Part shown: piece by piece, positions 30,634 through 53,471 of the stretch
Numbering within the stretch: position 1 is the first letter of the stretch
Layout of the letters: each line of letters starts with the position of its first letter
Source of the DNA: the human T2T-CHM13v2.0 reference genome, Homo sapiens
Reading direction: 5' to 3' (one strand)
DNA: 64,000 bases
Assembly: GCF_009914755.1 (NCBI RefSeq)
Contig: NC_060933.1
Made by a program: the position numbers and the translations under genes
The notes under the pieces: model-generated
Database searches by the model: none
What the model saw: the letters and a program-made list of their open reading frames with translations, nothing else
Told to the model about the DNA's origin: nothing

Positions 30634-33600
30634 TGTTCTAATAAGATTGGTGTCTTTTCTGTGTACTGTGTTGGGAGGTATAGGTTTTGGGTAACCCAAG
30701 CTTGTGCTTAGGGAAAGGTAGGAGTTAGCTCAGCTCTTACTGACTCCCTCTTTTGACTTTTAAAAGGTGACCAATCCCCTGGAACTAGTGTGAAGGAATG
30801 AGTATCATGTGCCTCCAAAAGCCCCTTTTCTCCCTGATCAAGTCTGAGGAGATGGGCTCTTTTCTACCTCTTTGCTTTAGACTTACTGATACCGTATGGC
30901 AGCCTGCACCTTCCTCCCCATTCACTGCTTCATATCCTTTAGAGCAGTAAGGAAGGCAGCCCTTCCATATCTGAAGAGAGAGTGAAGGACAGATACATTT
31001 TTCAGAAATAGTGGTTTAATCACTATTTAAAAAAAGTTGTCACTGACCACAGGATCATATAAGTTGGTGGGAGTGTTTAGGGTATTGCTGGTTGGGGTAG
31101 GGTGTCAGGAACACTGTGGATGCTGCTTAAGAATTTGACAAGCAGGGCATGCTCATGATTTAGGGAGGCATATTTTGACCTCAACGTTGAGGTCTTTCTA
31201 CTAATAAGTCACTTGGGAAAGTAGTTCCCCTCCCTGTGTATTTCTCTATGCTACCTGGATTGATGACATTTTTACAGAGCAAAAAGATCACCTGGCTGTC
31301 TGTGGCAGGACTGCTGACCAGACAACCACCTACCTCCTAGGGTAAAATATAGCTTACAGTAAGGAAAATATGTCTTTGAATGAGAAAGTAAGAAAAAAGT
31401 GAAGCTAGGAAAGGATGACCATGCTAGTCGAAAAAGGTTTATGCCCCATCATGCCCATATCATGACCCTTTCTCAATCTGGATCTAGGTACCACCACCTT
31501 GAGGATTACCAGGGCACTGAAGAGCTGACAGATGCCATTTTGGCAGAAGTGTACATGGGGCTGTTCTTTAAGGAGTAAAACAGTATCTGCAGGGCTGTTG
31601 TCAACATGGCATCCCTCTCTTTAGGGAAGGTGATCTTTGTGCCTTCTTTCTAGCCATGTTGATGGCAACATGCAAGATCTTCCCTTAATGTATACGGTGC
31701 ACCTCAGGATGGATGTGTCACCTCTGATCTTCATGGGGTTAGTGGAATATAATAAATATTGTGTAGAACACCTGAAGCTCATGATCCAGAGGTGAGTCCT
31801 TGACTATGCATGAGTATTACAGACATTTGGAGGCTAGCTATGAATCTTTACAGAATGCTCCTTATGACTAAGAGTGTGCACATATGCACCCTTAAAATAT
31901 TAGAGGTCTGAAGAGAAGGGAACTCCACTTATACAGACTGGGACTAATAAATGAGGTGAGTTTTCTAGAGGGCACTTGAGGTAGGTTTTCCAGAAAAATT
32001 TGTGAATGCTTGGTGTCAAAACAAAAGCAAAACAAAACAAATCAAAACAGATGTCCACTACAGCTCCCTCACTCAACCATCCTTCTCTTTTCCTGTCCAT
32101 GCGTATGCCACTGACCCTGCAGTGTCTGAAGTTTGGGATTGCAGAAATAATTCAGATTTCAGGAAGGCTTTAAGAGAACAAAATTGGGATGAAGTCCAGG
32201 GCAAAGAACTTGTGGAGGTGGAGAATCAGCGACCCATGGATGCCTGGGGATTCTCCATGTTCTTCCCTGTAAGCCTGTCCCCTAAGTCTTGTAAGGCAGC
32301 CAGCCATGCTAATTGTTTTAAAATGACTGAAGGGGGCCCAGTATTTGGTTTGATTTGGTTCTAAAATGAAGGCCGAGAGCCTTGAAATGAAGGGACAGAG
32401 TTGGAGTCCGCTCCTCTATTCACCATGTCAATAAAGGTTGTACCTTGGTATCAGACATGAGCCCCCAGTTTGAAGGGGCTACATTATCTGGGGTATATGC
32501 CCTGGCGTTCATCATCTTGTGCCAGGAAAATTTAGAACACAGACACACACGAGGAGTTTAGGAGCAGATGTTTAATAGGCAGAAGATAAGAGAAAGAGAA
32601 ACAGCTGTCTCTACAGACCAAGAAAAGTCTCCAAGTGGAAAAGACTGGCTGGCAGCGAATGCACCAGATTTTATAGTCAGGTTTGAGGAGGCAGTGTCTG
32701 ATTTCCATAGGGCTCACAGATTGGTTCAATCAGGTATGATGTTTACATAGTGTACAGGCAAGGCTGGTTGCCCCAACGTAATCTTATTGCACAAATGGGC
32801 TTTCCAGTTGATCGGTGCCATCTTGTCTGCTCCTTACTGTACATGTGGCTGACAGAGAAAAGAAGATGGAGCCACCATCTTGAACATGTCTAGTCCCCTA
32901 ATTCCTGCTGGCATTCACTTGTGCAAGCTCCCAGCTTGCTTATCTATGTCTGCAGCTCGAATTTACAGGCTGCTCTTTGTTAGAAAATGATTTGGGGCTG
33001 ATTCTCATTAAAAAGAAAAGATTTACTGAGGACTCCCATACCCTTATTATCTGCCTAGGTAATTTCTTCTTAACTACTGTATCAGCAGCATTATAGCCCC
33101 AAAGTGAAAACAACCCAAATGTTCACCAACTAAATCAATAGATAAACAAAATGTGATATATCCATACAATGGGATGTCATTTGTCCATAAAAAGAAATGA
33201 AGTATCTATACATGCTGCAACATGAACGGACCTTGAAAACATCATGGTAAGAAGCCAGACACAAAAATCCACATATTGTATGATTCCATTTAGATGAAAT
33301 GTCTAGAAATGAAAAATAGAGACAGAAAGTAGATTACTGGTAACATAGGGAGGAAGGCAAATATTGAGGGGTGAAGGCTAAGTGAAGCAGAGTTTCTTTT
33401 TGGGGTGATGAAAATGTTCTAAAATTGATTGTGGTGATACATGCATAACTGTGAATATGCTAAAAACTGTTGAATGGTATACTTTTGGCGAGTGAATTGT
33501 ATAGTATACAAATTATGTTTCAATAAATAATTTTTAAAAAGAAAGTTTATATAGTAGCTTTATTCATAATTGGCAAAATTAGAAGCAACAGAAATGTCTT

Positions 33601-35896
33601 TCAGTAGGTAAGTAAATTTTTTTGTATATCCTAAAATGGAATATTATATGCCATTGAAAAGAAATAAACTGGCAAAACATAAAAAAGGAGGAAAACTATT
33701 AAGTGAAAGAATACAATCTGAAAAGGGTGTATGATTCCAACTATATGACATTTGAAAATGGGCAAAACTATGAAGGCAGTAAAAAGGGCAATGGTTGTCA
33801 GGGGCTAGTGGGGAGGGGGGGATGAAGAAACAGCACAGAGGATTTTTAGGGCAGTGAACTATTCTACATGATAGTACAATAGTGGATATGGGTCATTATA
33901 CGTTTGTCAAAACCCACAGAATGTACAACATCAAGAGTGAACGTTAATGTAAACTACGGACTTTGGATAATAGTGATGTGTAACAAATGTACCACTCTAG
34001 TATGGGATGTTGACAACTGGGGAAGCTGTGCCTGTGTGGGGATAGTTGGTATATAGGAATTTTCCCACTTACTTTTGCTGTCAACATAAAATATCTGTAA
34101 AAAATAAAAGTCAGTTAAAAAAAAGAAGAGGAGGTTGTTAATATCTCACAAGGCCCAACATCAGAGAGTTGGCATCAACTCTCTGAAGTATTCCCTGAAC
34201 CCTGTTTTCCCTTCCTCCTGGCAGAAGAATTCTACTTCTTTATCTATCTTCCCATTGTGTATTATTTTTGCTTGTTTTACAGCTTTTTGTAGCATATTTA
34301 ATTACACTTGTTTGCAGGTCTCACTTTCTGTACTATGACCTGTCCAAGGGCAGAGGCAATGTCTTATTTTACTGATATTTTTACAGTAGTAGGAATACTA
34401 CATAGTAAAGTTCAATAAATATTTGTTGTGTGAATGTATGAAGAACATCTTACGACTACTGTTTTATTATTTTTATTTTTCTGGGACAGAGTTTCACTCT
34501 GTTGCCCAGGCTGTAGTACAGTGGTGTAATCTCGTCTCACTATAACTTACCCTTCTGGGTTCAATCTAATCTCCTGCCTCGGCCTCCCAAGTAACTGGGA
34601 TTACAGGTGTCTCCCACCATGCCTGGTTAAATTTTTGTATCTTTAGTAGAGACTGGATTTCACCATGTTGGCCAAGCTTGTCTTGAACTCCTGACCTCAG
34701 GTGTTCCGCCTGCCTTGGTCTCCCCAGGAGCTGGGATAAAACTACTGTTTAAAAATACAATTATAAAGGATTTTGGCTCAGAACCTGTTCTGCTTCAGGC
34801 TTTTGGGGAACCTGAAAACAGCTGCCTCCAAGTGACTTATTCCAGGGACAGTGGTCAGGATGTGAGGGCGTGAGCATTGAGGAAACGTCCTAGGAAATTG
34901 GGAACATATGAAAGTCCTAAACTAATAGTTTATCTATACTGAGCATCCTCAAGTGGTAACATATTACTCTAAGAGCTTTTGGAAAAGATTCCTCCTTGGA
35001 GATAATAAAACCAAGTGCAGTGTGAAATCCAAGACCAGACTTCTGGGTGGTGGTTTAGGTAAATTGAGAAGATGTCATGGGGCCAATGGTGAGACAGTCC
35101 ATCCTACCAGAAGCCACCTCTGCCACCTCCCAAAGGCTGCCTAAAATGCTTTGGTAAGAGCTTATTACAAGGCATGGGGATAGATATACGTAGAATGTGT
35201 GAAATGTTTTCCTGGGAGGGATGACATTTTAAACTTTTATTTTCTACATTACTGGGAGTCATATGTAGATTTTAAGAGGGGGCTAGGAAAAAAAAACTAT
35301 GAAGACTTTGATGCTAAGAGTGGAAAGGAAAAGTTATCTAAGAGGTGATAGAGTACCAAAAATAGCTTTTCCCTTACTTCCCAAATTTGTCAGCATTTAA
35401 CAGACAAAGTGAATATTCTTAAGCATCTAACTATTTTAACATTAGGGCATACTTTTTACTTTAAGAAATTACATATTAATATGTGTAAAGTAGAAGCATT
35501 ATGAATGTAGAGAATTTATTCATTAGGGCTTTGATATTTACTACTGTCTGATTTAGAGAAGTCACTTACCCTCTCTGGGCTTCGGTTTCATTCATTGATA
35601 AAATAGGCACATGAGGTCAAGGGCAGAGCCTGTGGCTTACAGATGCCTGTGTCTCCTAGTTTCCAGCAGCAAATATTTATGAGATGAAAACTTGGCTGAG
35701 GCTACATATAAAAGAGAGGAGGAAGGGGCATCTCTTGGCAGATTTTATTCTCAAGGCAGGTTACCTGCTCTTGCATAAATGAAAGGAGACCTGGCCTGGC
35801 TTGAAGGCTGTCTTATCCTTTCAAAGGAGATCAGTAACAGTGGTGGCCCATGGGTAACTGTGGTGGCCCATGGGTGTCTAATAAGGAGCTTTATAG

Positions 35897-36321
35897 TATT
35901 AAAAGAAACTTCAGAGAAATTAAATTTAAAGTAGTTTAACTGAGCAATGAAAGATTTGCGAATCGTCCAGCCCCCAGAATCACAGCAGATTCACAGAGAC
36001 TCCAGGGGTGCTTTGTGGTTAGAACAAATTTATAGACAAAAAGGCAAAGTGACGTACATGAATCAGAGGTGAGAGGTACAGAAAGAGTGAGATTGATTAC
36101 AACTCGGCGTTTGCCTTTTTGAATGCAGTTTGAACATTAAGCAGTCTATGAGTGGTTGAATTATGGCTGCCGGGATTGGCCAACACTCAGCTATTGTTAC
36201 AGGTGCATACTATTGAGTTAGATTTTCAATTTGTGTAACTATTAGGCTAGGTTACAATTCATCTGCAAGCACTCAAATATAGAAGCATGGAGTCCTCAAG
36301 CCATATTTGTTTGCTTTAACA
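35897..36321 (-). mobile_element. MER57A-type solo LTR (duplicated copy)
   Basis: Same context as 20809-21233, with atag TSD. Confidence 0.85.
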
Positions 36322-39216
36322 ATAGTTTAAGAAAGACATGAGAAGTTAAGAGCCAGTTCAGATGACAGCTGTCATGATAAAGAGTTTAGAAAAGAATGTG
36401 TAGGAAGATGGGTTAGGGGTGGAGGATATTGGGATCATTTAAACCTGACAGGAGTCACCTGAATAAAGTATGACAGGTAGTTGGTATTTGGACATTTGCA
36501 GAAGTGATTATATAGAATATAAAGCAGATGTTCTCAAGTTTTTTGGATGCCAAGGCACTCAGGAAAAGATCACATTTACATGGCCCACAGTGTAGTCAGG
36601 TGAGGTTGCTTAAGACTACGTTCTGCTCTAAGGCTTTGACACACCTAAGTCTCACTCTGCTACCAAACACTGATGGGATCAGTAGTATCATCCAAAAGAG
36701 CACCAAGATGACTAAATAGTAGAAAGGAGAGCCTTATTGCTTAATCAGTTTGCAAGCCAGGAAGGGAAAGCATCCAGTGTGGAATAAAGCTGCTGTCTGT
36801 TGGAATAGGGGAAGGACAGGTTGGGTTTTATATTCATATTCATACATATTCAATAAGTTTGGGGGAAAAGCTATATATATTTATGCAGGAGCCAAGCACA
36901 CCATAATGAGTAAACATATGTAACATACATCCCATGTTCACCTTGGTTTTAGCACTAAAATGAGGTAGAATTTGGCCCTTTACATGATAAGGTGAACTGT
37001 AGGACAGAGGCGGTTTGTGTGCCGCCTCTATAATCTGGCAGAAACTGGAAATCTCTAATATTAGTAGCTTATCAGAAAAGAATGTTTGTAAGGCCGGTCC
37101 TCTGTCCAATCAGAGCCGATAGCTCATTTGGTGAGAGGGAGTTTAGTTATAGAAAGTTAGAAATTTGCCATGCCATCCAGGCCCTGAACCCTTGACCCAT
37201 CGGTAACTTTGTTTCCTTAACCTAAGGGTCTGTCTTAGTTGATAAAGGGGCATCTATTTTGGTCTTTTAGATCACAATAGCTTAGCGCACTGTAACCTAT
37301 CCCTGCTTTAAGGGAGTTGCATACTTGCCACCAAAGTGATGTGGAGGGTTGGGCCTGGTTGTGTTTGCGGTAGAGTTAGAAAATGTGGGGTCAAAATGAC
37401 AAATAAGAAATTAAAATAAAAGGAGGAACTAATTGATTCTGGATTTGAAAACACTCATTGATTTGTCACAGGATGGGTGTGTGGATGTGTTTGTAAAGAA
37501 AAGAACTTTTATCTGAGGCATGTGAGTCCTTTTAAGTTATCAGGCCTAGAGAGACATTAAAATGAGACAGAAATCACAGCCTTATTTCCTCCTTGAGCTA
37601 CACATTCATCTCTTGAAACTGCTTGCTATTGCCATATGGAGCTATATAGTAACCCAATAATGCCACACCTGACAGGATAACCCACCCCCTATAGCTTAAT
37701 AATGTACAGCCAATCACTAAGCAATGTCACTCCTGTAAACCAATGAGAATTCCTGATTACAACTTTGTATCAGCCGACTCCTTGTCCCCTTTTTCCACTT
37801 TAAAAACCCACTCATAACTACTGGTAATTGGAGTGTATATTTAGGCTGACTTGCATCTGTGTTCCCAGGTTGCAATCCTCAAGCTTGACCCAAATTAACT
37901 CTCTACTTATAATAATTTTCCATCAACTTCTCCCTTTTAGGTCGATGCGTATGTGTGTTTGTGTACAGAGTATGTTCCAAAAGTGCTTGAACAGTTTAAA
38001 CTTCACTAACTTGAGAAAAATAAGTTCTATAAATTTACCCCTAAGGTCCCTGGAAGTTTCAATTATATACATTTATTGTACACTTATTTTCATTTTGTAG
38101 ATGTTAAATAATGCATTATTAGTGAAACCATGCCCCAGAGAGTTGAAGAAAACAATGACTAATGAAATTAATCAGTTTACAAGAAAGGAGATCAAACAAA
38201 AACAACAACAGTAACTTGCTAAAATGCCGAAACTCTCCCTGCTTCTGAGATTTAAAAACTGGCTAAAATGGATTAAAACTATTAAGGCCAACTGGAGTTT
38301 GCACAGAACAAGCTGGCTGGCGTCACAGCCCAAATTTCTGCCACATTTTAACCAACTCCCCACAAATGTGCCCATGGAATACATGAGGCAGCGTTAAAGA
38401 AAACTGTGCATGCCGAGGATTTTCAGACCTCCCCTTTCCTTCCAGCAATCAACTATTAATTCCAGAGGCCACTCCCTAAATGTTTTCTAATAAAATGACT
38501 GCATGAAAGCCAGCACACAGGACTGATTTGAGCTGGACTCCTGTCTCCTTTTTGGTTAATTTCCAATAAAAACATCTTTTCTCAAAAAAATCAAATTGGG
38601 CAGGGAGCTTCTTTTCCTTGATAACGTTAGTTTTAATCATTTGAGTCAGTCCCTCTGATTGGAAATAGTAAAAACTGACTTCAAACAAAGAATGTAATGT
38701 TCACCATTCACGAAACGAAGTAAGAATAAAGGAAGTTTAAGTTTTATATCTGCATTTATGTAAGGCAAAAACATACTGTAGATAAGACGGATTTGAGGAC
38801 ATATGTGATCCTGAGAGTAGAAAAGCCTGGGTACAACAAATATTCCAGGCAGTATTTCAGGCTTTCAAGGCAGTGTAGTTGGTGGGGTCCAAGTTAAGGG
38901 CTCCAAACAGCGAAGTGGGACTTGGGTAATGCCTGGTTTACTGTTGGAACAAACGGAAAATTCAACTAAGATAAATATATGACTTGAAAAAGGATGGAGT
39001 TGGGAAATGGAGTGTTAGGGTAGGACAGAGCGACCTAGAGGGCCCAGGAAGGTGGAGTCAGCTGGGCTGGTGGGGTTGGGGCTGTGGACACACCCTCCTC
39101 TTGTTGATCCCTCCACCCTCAGAAACCCTCTGTGACTCTTCCACGCTCTGTGATGCAGGCCTGTGCTTACAGTTAAGCCTGGGCACCCTCAGTGCTCAGT
39201 TGCTTCAGGCAGCTGA

Positions 39217-45683
<6,467 letters not shown>

Positions 45684-45715
45684 TTAACTCCTTGTTGAGA
45701 ATCTTGACTCTCCCC

Positions 45716-45721
45716 AATAAA
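45716..45721 (+). terminator. AATAAA polyadenylation signal, copy 3
   Basis: Same position as in copies 1/2, with downstream GT-rich tract. Confidence 0.65.
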
Positions 45722-47482
45722 CGTTCTAATAAGAATAAGAAGGATGTCTTTTCTGTGTATTGTGTTGGAGGTATAGGTTTTGGGTAACCCAAGCTTGTGG
45801 TTAGGGAAAGGTAGGAGTTAGCTCAGCCCTTACTGACTCCCTCTTTTGAATTTTAAAAGATGACCAATCCCCTGGAGCTCTTGTGGAAGAATGAGTATCA
45901 TGTGCCTCCAAAAGCCCCTTCTCTCCCTGATGAAGTCTGAGGAGATGAGCTCTTTTCTACCTCTTTGCTTTAGACTTACTGATATCGTATGGCAGCCTGC
46001 ACCTTCCTCCCCATTCACTGCTTCATATCCCTTAGAGCAGTAAGGAAGGCAGCCCTTCCATATCTGAAGAAAGGTTCAAGGACAGGTACATTTTTCAGAA
46101 ATAGTGGTTTAATCACTATTTAAAAAAAGTTGTCACTGACCACAGGATCATATAAGTTGGTGGGAGTGTTTGGGGTATTGCTGGTTGGGGTAGGGTGTCA
46201 GGAACACTGTGGATGCTGCTTAAGAATTTGACACGAAAGGCATGCCCATGATTTAGGGAAGCATATTTTGACCTCAACGTTGAGGTCTTTCTACTGTTAA
46301 GTCACTTGGGGAAGTAGTTCCCCTCCCTGTGTATTTCTCCACGCTGCCTGGATTGATGACATTTTTACAGAGCAAAAAAATCACCTGGCTGTCTGTGGCA
46401 GGAATGTTGACCAGGCAGCCACCTACCTCCTAGGGTAAAATATAGCTTACAGTAAGGAAAAGATGTCTTTGAATGAGAAAGTAAGAAAAAAGTGAAGCTA
46501 GGAAAGGATGACCATGCTAGTCGAAAAAGGTTTATGCCCCATCATGTCCATATCATGACCCTTTCTTAATCTGGATCTAGGCACTGCCCCTTTGAGGTTT
46601 ACCAGGGCACTTGAAGAGCTGACAGATGCCATTTTGGCAGAAGTGTACATGGGGCTGTTCTTTAAGGAGTAAAACAGTATCTGCAGGGCTGTTGTCAACA
46701 TGGCATCCCTCTCTTTAGGGAAGGTGATCTTTGTGCCTTCTTTCTAGCCATGTTTATGGTAACAAGCAAGATCTTCCCTTAGTTTATACGGTGCACCTAT
46801 CAGGATGGAAGTGCAACCTATGATCTTCATGGGGTTAGTGGAATATAATAGATATTGTCTAGAACACCTGCAGCTCATGGTCCAGAGATGAGTCCTTGAC
46901 TATGCATGAGGATTAAAGACATTTGGAGGCTAGCTATGAATCTTTACAGAATGCTCCTTATGACTAAGAGTGTGCATATATGCACCCTTAAAATATTAGA
47001 GGTCTGAAGAGAAGGGAACTCCACTTATACAGACTGGGACTAATAAATGAGGTGAGTTTTCTAGAGGGCACTTGAGGTAGGTTTTCCAGAAAAATGTGTG
47101 AATTCTTGGTGTGAAAACAAAAACAAAACAAAACAAAACAAAACAGATGTCCACTACAGCTCCTTCACCATCCTTCTCTTTTCCTGTCCTTGCTTATGCC
47201 ACTGACCCTACTGTGTGTGAAACTTAGGATTGCAGAAATAATTCAGATTTCGTGAAGGCCTTAAGAAGGACAAAATTGGGATGAAGCCCAGAGCAAAGAA
47301 CTTAAGGAGGTGGAGTATCCATGGAGGGCCCAAGCATCCATGTGGATAGGCTTCCAATAACCTGGCCTCCTAATTCCTCTGTCATTCCATGTTAGGTCCT
47401 TTACCTCCATTCCAGTTCAGTTACTGCCACACCCAGAAGCTATCATCAGAAACATCTAAAAGTTATCATCAGAAACCCTCTG

Positions 47483-47835
<353 letters not shown>

Positions 47836-48784
47836 TAAACTCTAGTCTTGATGGACTGATCCATTCTTGCCTTGAAATAGGTACACAGTATATGCTTTAA
47901 ATGGGTGAATTTTGTGGTTCATGTATTATATTGCAATAAAACTTAAAGGATTTAAAAAGAAGAAGTGCTTGAGGATAATAAGAATACAATACGATACACC
48001 AAAAAGGAGTTAACACATTTTTGGAAGATGAAAACCTGGTGGAGGAGAGAAAGCTGATTTAGCAAAGTAGACAAAGCACCAGTTATGCTTATTGCTGCTT
48101 CCTTCTCTTCATGAGGCACTGAACATGTTTTATTTCTTAAGTCCTTTCATTGAAGAGATGGTTAAACATACACAAGAGCAGGTAGAACAATATAACTCCC
48201 GATGTACCCACCACCTAAATTTCACAATTATCATTTAGTATGGATGATGCATCCCATGTTTTACATATGATTAAAGTGCAAAAGTCCATTTAAACATCTT
48301 GCCATCCATCTCTTAGAAGATATGCTATGTGCCATATGTCAATGCTGTCACATTCCTTTGATATTTATCACACGAGGAACACACTTATCTACAACAGATG
48401 TACACAGCATTGGTGACAAACACATTGAACTTTAGTGGCCTTTGCAATCAGTTCTCTTTAAACTTCTCCTTTAAGTCAACCCCAAGGAGTCATTTGAATT
48501 TTTACCCACAGTCCATACAAGAAGCAACCTTACAGAGCAAATTCAGTGCACAATATTGCAGTCCCTTAATCACACAGTAACTATAACACGAAAATAACAG
48601 TAGAAAACTGTGCATGTTGCTAAAAACTTGAGATTGCCATATAAGTGTTTTCAAATATTTAAAAGAAATTTTTTCTATCACATATTTAAAATGAGTATTC
48701 ATGTTTCCACTTATATAAATTAGATCAAATATACATGTTTATCTACCCTCCTTCCCATAGTGCAATTAAGAGTAAAAGATTATA

Positions 48785-49530
48785 TGAAAAGAGGCTCAAC
48801 ATCATTAGTCATCAGAAAAATACAAATAAAAATCAACATGAGATAGCACTTCATGCCCACTAGGATGGCTGGAATAAAATAGACAAGTGTTTGAGATAAG
48901 TTGGAGAAATTGGAAGCCTCATACACTGAGAGTGGGAATGTGAAATGGTACAGCTGCTTTGGAAAACAGGCAGTTCCTCAAAATGTTGGCATATAACCCA
49001 GCAAATCCAATCCTAAGTATATACCAAGAGAAATGAAAATATGTGAGTGCAAAGTAACTTGTACACAAAGGTTCATCGCAGCATTATTCAAATAGCCAAA
49101 AGATGGAAACAATTCAAATATCCATCAACTGATGAATGTATAAACAGAATGTGGTATATCCATACAACAGATTACTATCTAGCCATAAAAAGGAATAAAG
49201 TATTGACACATGGTACAACATAGATAAACCTTGAAAATTTTATGCTGAGTGAAAGGTCAATCACAAATAACCACAAATGATTCCATTCTGATGTCCAGAA
49301 TAGAGACATTATTACACAGAGATAAAGTAGACTTAGAACTAGATTAATGAGGTGCAAGAAATGTAATAGCTAAAGGATATATGGTTTCTTTTTGAAGTCA
49401 TAAAAATGTTTTTAAAATGACTGGTGATGGATACACAACTCTGTGAATATAAAAATCACTGAATTATACACTTAAAATGGGTGACTTATACGGTATGTGA
49501 ACTGTATTTCAATAAAACTGCTTTAAAAAC
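48785..49530 (+). mobile_element. L1MB-like 3' fragment
   Basis: L1 ORF2 end/3' UTR motifs (ctcaacatcattagtcatcag, tgtggtatatccatac). Confidence 0.75.
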
Positions 49531-49668
49531 TGAAGGATTTAAAAAATAAATGCTTGACATGACAGGGACAGGAGAGGATACAACAAAAAAGGTCAACTCA
49601 TTTTTGGAAGGTGGAAATCTGGTAGAGGACAGGTAATTGACTTAGTGCCTGCAAACCAATTCACACCA

Positions 49669-50045
49669 TGTATTAGTCCATTTTCATGCTGCTATAAAGA
49701 ACTACCTCAGAGTGGGTAATTTATGAAGAAAAGAGGTTTCATTGACTGATAGTTCCACAAGTTGTTCAGGAGGCATGGCTGGGGAGGCCTCAGGAAACTT
49801 ACAATCATGGCAGAAGGCAAAGGGAAAGCAAGCATGTCTTCACATGGCACAGGAGAGAGAAAGCTAAGGAGGAAGTACTACACACTTTCAGACAATCAGG
49901 TCTTGTGAGAACTTGCTAACACAAGAACAGCAAAGGGAAGATCTACCCCCATGATCCAATCACCTCCCACTGGATCTCTCCCCCAACACTGGAGATTACA
50001 ATTCAACATGAGATTTGGGAGGGGACAGAGAGTCAAACCACATCA
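49669..50045 (-). mobile_element. MaLR solo LTR (MSTA-like)
   Basis: tgtattagtcc...catca ends with perfect 5-bp TSD cacca. Confidence 0.85.
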
Positions 50046-50156
50046 CACCACAAAACTGCAGAATACAAGTGACATGATGGAACCAAACAAGAAATTAGGA
50101 GTTACATGCCATAAACAAGGTTCATTGAAATTTTGATTCTTTTTTGTTTTACATTG

Positions 50157-52550
<2,394 letters not shown>

Positions 52551-52915
52551 CAGTGTATAAATTTTTTATACATAATTAAAATCTTTTTTTGGGGGAGCTC
52601 TTTTTCAGTATATTGTAAAACCCTGTTGAAATGTCAGCATGCTTCAAATGTGGAAAGGGAATCCCAGGTTCTTGCCTGGAACAGAACCTGAAACAAGTGT
52701 TTTAAAGTTGGCATGGCATACTACTTTGGTGTATTAGTACACCATGCCAACTTTGTACACTACTAGGTCCAGGTGTGGTGGTGGCAACTGTGGGAATCAA
52801 AGCCAAAAATCTCAAATGTTATATAAAAATGTAGTCAATGGTCCATTAAAAATGTATTTATTTGAAGTTTAATATAATTAAACTTGCAGAAGAGTTGCAT
52901 GGATGGTAAACAACA

Positions 52916-53322
52916 ATATATTGGTTCATTTGCATTGCCATAAAGAAATACCTGAGGCTGGGTAATTTATGACAAAAAGAATTTTATTTTGGCTCACAGT
53001 TCTGCAGGCTATACAGGAAAGGTGGCAACAGCATCTGCTTCTGGAGAGGGCCTCAGAAGATTTTTAATCATGGCAGAATGAAGACTAGAGCCAACATGTC
53101 ACATGGTGGGAGAGGGATCAGGAGAGAGAGTGGAGGAGGTGGCACATTCTTTTAAACAGCCAGATCTCATATGAACTCATTTATTACCATGGGGAGGGCA
53201 CCAAGCCATTCATGAGGGATCCACCCCTTTGACACAAACACCTCCCACTAGACCCACCTCCAACACTGGTGGTCATATTTTAACATGAGATTTGGAGGAA
53301 ACGAAACATCCAAACCATATCA
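52916..53322 (-). mobile_element. MaLR solo LTR (MSTB/C-like)
   Basis: MST LTR motifs ending caaaccatatca; flanking caaca repeats. Confidence 0.75.
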
Positions 53323-53410
53323 CAACAGTGTAACTTTTATCCAGATTTGCCTATTCACATTTTGACCCATTTGTGATCTCTCTCCTATATCCCTCCCTCC
53401 TACCTCCTCT

Positions 53411-53427
53411 CTTCTCTCTCTCTCTCT

Positions 53428-53462
<35 letters not shown>

Positions 53463-53471
53463 CACACACAC
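53411..53471. repeat. (TC)n(CA)n microsatellite
   Basis: Direct inspection. Confidence 0.95.

Noticed and set aside
48250-48700. Possible DNA-transposon remnant
   Set aside because: No terminal inverted repeats or family identity could be established by eye.
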